DNA of 64,000 bases from the human T2T-CHM13v2.0 reference genome, Homo sapiens. Both the position numbers and the translations under genes were made by a program. Below the pieces are notes generated by a model. That model was given only the letters and a program-made list of their open reading frames with translations. It searched no databases and had not been told where the DNA came from. The first letter of the stretch is position 1, and each line of letters starts with the position of its first letter. Positions 58,844-64,000 of this stretch are shown here, piece after piece. Location: NCBI RefSeq assembly GCF_009914755.1, contig NC_060927.1; one strand, 5' to 3'.

Positions 58844-59750
58844 CACAGAATCATAAAGCTCAACTGGCAAGAGATTGGGCAGGGAAAGTAAGACATGTCT
58901 CTTCTCATAAAGTCAGCAAAGGCATTCCATAACCACACGGAGCAGTCAGCACATGTGTCATCAGACAGAAGTGGAAGTTTTGATGTTGAGAATCCCAGCT
59001 GCATATTTCTAGCATGAAGGGCTTGCTGTCTGCTCAGTAAAAGAACAGACTGGATCCAAGAAAAGAACACGGTCCTGTCCCTGACAGAGATCCAAGTACA
59101 ATACTCCATGCATGTCAGACGGGTGTCTCAATAGCATCATCAGAGCAGGGCAAGGCACAGGGCTGGGTGGACTTTTTAACAAGTGAAGATGAATACTTTC
59201 ACAAATGACTGCTGATTCAGTTTCCCTTTACAACATGTTCATTGGGACTATTTTTTTGCCCTGTAAATGATATTGGATGATTTCCATGCATTTAGCAACT
59301 ATTAAATATAGTGGCAGCCGTATTAGATGTTTGACTTATTTGTTTCTTTTCTTCATAAGATTTTAAATTAGACTATTCTCTGCCTGTATCCTCCATTGTT
59401 TGGATAATATTTTTATATCTCCCATTTCACAGATGTCTTCTAATTAGAATTCTACCATACAACAAGAAGTAATAGTATTAACAATACTTTACACGTGGAA
59501 TCTTTTGCATCTATCTACAAATCTGCAAGGAAGGTTGGTATTTATTTCTCTTAAAATCATTATAAAAATCCAGTCACTCATTTATTTAACAAATATTTAT
59601 TGAGCACCTAGAATATGCAAAGCTCTCTGCCATAAGCTGGAACAAAACAAACAGTGAATAAAACAAACAAAAAGCCATACTTTCATTGAGTTTACATTCT
59701 AGTGAGAAGAGATAAATAAATAAATAATAAGTAAAACATGTGGTATGTGA

Positions 59751-60057
59751 GGCCAGGCATGGGGGCTCACACTTGTAATTCCAGCATTTTGGGAGGCCAA
59801 GATGAGCAGATCACCTGAGGTCAGGAGTTCAAGACCAGCCTGCCCAACATAGTGAAACCCTGTCTCTACTAAAAATACAAAAATTAGCCTGGCACGGTGG
59901 CATGTACCTGTAATCCCAGCTACTTGGGAGGCTGAGGCAGGGAGAATTGCTTGAACCCGGGAAGTGGAGGTTGCAGTAAGCTGAGATCACACCACTGCAC
60001 TCTAGCCTGGGCGACAGAGCAAGACTCAGACTCTGTCTCAAAAAAAAAAAAGAAAAA
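59751..60057 (+). mobile_element. AluSx/Sz-like followed by (CA)18 at 60061-60096
   Basis: Full dimer with degenerate TSD acatgtggtatgtga / acatatggcatgtca. Confidence 0.92.
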
Positions 60058-60058
60058 C

Positions 60059-60099
<41 letters not shown>

Positions 60100-60127
60100 G
60101 GCATGTCAAATGATGGGGTAGATACCA

Positions 60128-60488
60128 CTGCTGTTTCTTGATATCTGATTCCCCTATTATTCTGAGCACATGAAAATTATATGTCCCCATCTCTTGAAAT
60201 TAGTCACAATCATGTAACTAATTCTCACCAGTAGGTTGTGCACAAAAGGGACATAAGCCACTTCCAGGTCAATTCGTTAAATTGTTGGTGCCAGACCCTC
60301 CAACTCTGTTCTTCCTGTCCTGCAAGGAAGCAATTGACCAGATGGAGCCTGGGTCTTGAGTGACTACAAAGAACAGAGGCCCTGGTAAACAAGTGATTGA
60401 GCAAAAAGTATATGTTTGTATGTTTTTAAGCCTTTGAGATTTGGGGGTTTGTTGTTGAGACACAATCAAGCCTAACCTAACGAGTACA
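60128..60488 (+). mobile_element. MLT1J-like MaLR LTR
   Basis: gcctgggtcttgagtgactac...ttttaagcctttgagatttgggggtttgttgtt...cctaacgagtaca. Confidence 0.65.
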
Positions 60489-62389
60489 GCTGGTGATAAA
60501 TACTGAGGAGGAAAGTAAAGCAAGGAAACAGGAAGAGTCAAGGTGGGAAGGGGCACAATCTTTGATAGATAGAGGAGGAGGCTTCACTTTAGAATAAAGC
60601 CCTGAAGGAAGGGAAACAGATCATGATAATAATGGACCATTCAGATATTTGGAGGAAGAACATTCTAGGCTGAAGGAATACCCAGTGCAAAGACTCAGAG
60701 AAAGGAACATGCCTGGTTACTGTGGCTATAGGAAGATAAGCGAGGAGAAAACAGGAAGAGGTGAAGCTAGAGGTAACTGGGCTGGATGGATAGGGTCTTA
60801 GAGGACACTGACGGAGTTTGGCTTTTATTCTGTGATGGTAAGTTATTAGAGGTTTTTGAGCAGAGAAATGATTAAAATCTGATATATATTTTTACAGAAT
60901 TACTTTGGGTGCTATCTTGAGACTATTCTAAGAGCCAAAAACAGGGAAACTATTTAGGAAACTATAGCAATAATCCAAGTAAGAGATGGTGGTAGTTTCA
61001 ATCAAGGTGGGAGATAATTTGAGTAAGAAAAATAGAGAAAGCATTTCTTGATAAAAGTTGAAAGCAGAGCTAAAAAATTTGTAGATGAATCAAAAGAGAA
61101 ATTTATGAGGAGCTACGGATGTCTCCAGTTTTATTGACTCAAGTAATGGAAAGATAGAGTTGTCTTTAGTTGAGTTGGGAAAGACTACAGGACAGGAAAA
61201 TATGGGGTAGAGGAATTTAGAAGCTAGATTTTGAACATGCTAAACCTGCATGTCTATTAGAAAGCCAAATAGAGATATTAAGTAGGGAGTTGGATAAATG
61301 GATCTGAAGTTGAAGGGAGTGGTCAGGGCTAGAGATATAAATTTGGAACTTGTTGGTATTTAGACGGTATTTAAAGTCATAAGACTAGATGAGATCACCA
61401 AGGGAGGGAGAGCAGATAGAAGAGATCCAGGAACTCAGTCCTGGGACACTCCAATTTAAGAGACTGGTAAAATGAGAATGAATCAGCAAAGGAGACTTAA
61501 TAGCAGCCAGTGAGAAAGGAGGAAAACCAGGCAAATGAGGAAACTTGAGCCCAGAGATGTTAAGCTACTTGCTAAGGGAGAATCAAACCTTAAATTTGAC
61601 CCTGGTTCCGCCTGCTCACAGCTCAGCTCCTGATGCAGGGAAATTGTGAGGTACTTAGTGTAACTGCTTATTATTATCTGTGGACTCTGTCATTAAAATA
61701 GTCCAAGTCAGTTGATTCACAGATTGATATGTGGTAAAGATAAAGCATCTGGTTTTAATCCTTGGAGATTCTTGATATTTAGAGCTGGAGGAAAATGGCA
61801 AAACAAGTGACACTGAGAAGAAGTAGCTCATGAGGTAAGAGAAAAGACAATGGAGTTTTGGAATCCATAAGGAAAAACATGTGTATCTTATTAAATAGAA
61901 AGTGGACACTATCAAATTCTGTTGACAGATTAACTAAAACAAGTGCAGAGTTGGAACTCATCCCTAATAGACTATATTCTGAATATAAGACAATGAGTTT
62001 GATTGTAAGTCTCACCTGCTGATGAAGATAAGAAATAAATTTATTATTTACAAAATTGTCCAAGTTGAGAAATATGTGGCTGGTGCTAAAAACAGTAAGT
62101 TGACTAAGAAATGAGAAGGAGAACAAAGAAGAGATAAAGTGAGTGTGGAGAGACAAAGCAACAGTTTGAACAAGTATTTCCTTTGCTGCCTTGCTTCATT
62201 AGAGCGAGTGTACTTTGAGGATATACTTAACCAGACGGATAAGCAACAGTATTTTATCCAGGACAATTTTACCATATGATAAATATCCTGTAATGTATAC
62301 ATTGGGAAAACTAATAAAAGGAATAAGGCATACCTGCAGTTTTAAAACAGGAGTATATTATGAAAGTGTCCTAAAACTTTTGTAAAACA

Positions 62390-64000
<1,611 letters not shown>

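Larger units (their letters stand above)
59572..61530 (-). mobile_element. L2 (L2a-like) 3' region interrupted by an Alu and an MLT1
   Basis: catttatttaacaaatatttattgagcaccta (reverse L2 3' end), continuing gaagaacattctaggc...gtttggcttttattct...agactagatgagatcaccaaggga. Confidence 0.8.

Overview
Human (or very close primate) genomic DNA lying entirely inside the ABI3BP (TARSH/NESH-BP) gene, which is transcribed on the minus strand. Three coding exons are visible with canonical AG/GT borders and a continuous reading frame: exon 2 (30146-30325), exon 3 (6462-6530) and exon 4 (2606-2738). Exon numbering comes from my recall of the protein; exons 1 and 5 onward lie outside the window. The rest is intron. 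It contains a processed ABRAXAS1 (FAM175A) pseudogene, a full-length U6 snRNA pseudogene, a MER11 (HERV-K/HML-8) solo LTR, 11 Alu/FLAM copies (one a perfect AluYc1), several L1s, MaLR LTRs, hAT/Tigger/Hsmar1 relics, MIR/L2 and microsatellites. Most ORFs in the track are L1/Alu fragments or chance ORFs. I see no convincing new biological system. The best leads are: (i) AG|GTAAAA exon starts that could rebuild 5' splice sites (recursive or re-splicing); (ii) two inverted L1PA7-like copies flanking exon 2 that share apparently private variants; (iii) a possible cryptic FN3-like domain in exons 2-3; (iv) oddities of the ABRAXAS1 retrocopy; (v) a very young AluYc1. Repeat subfamily names and parent sequences are from memory of consensus sequences and need RepeatMasker/BLAST confirmation.
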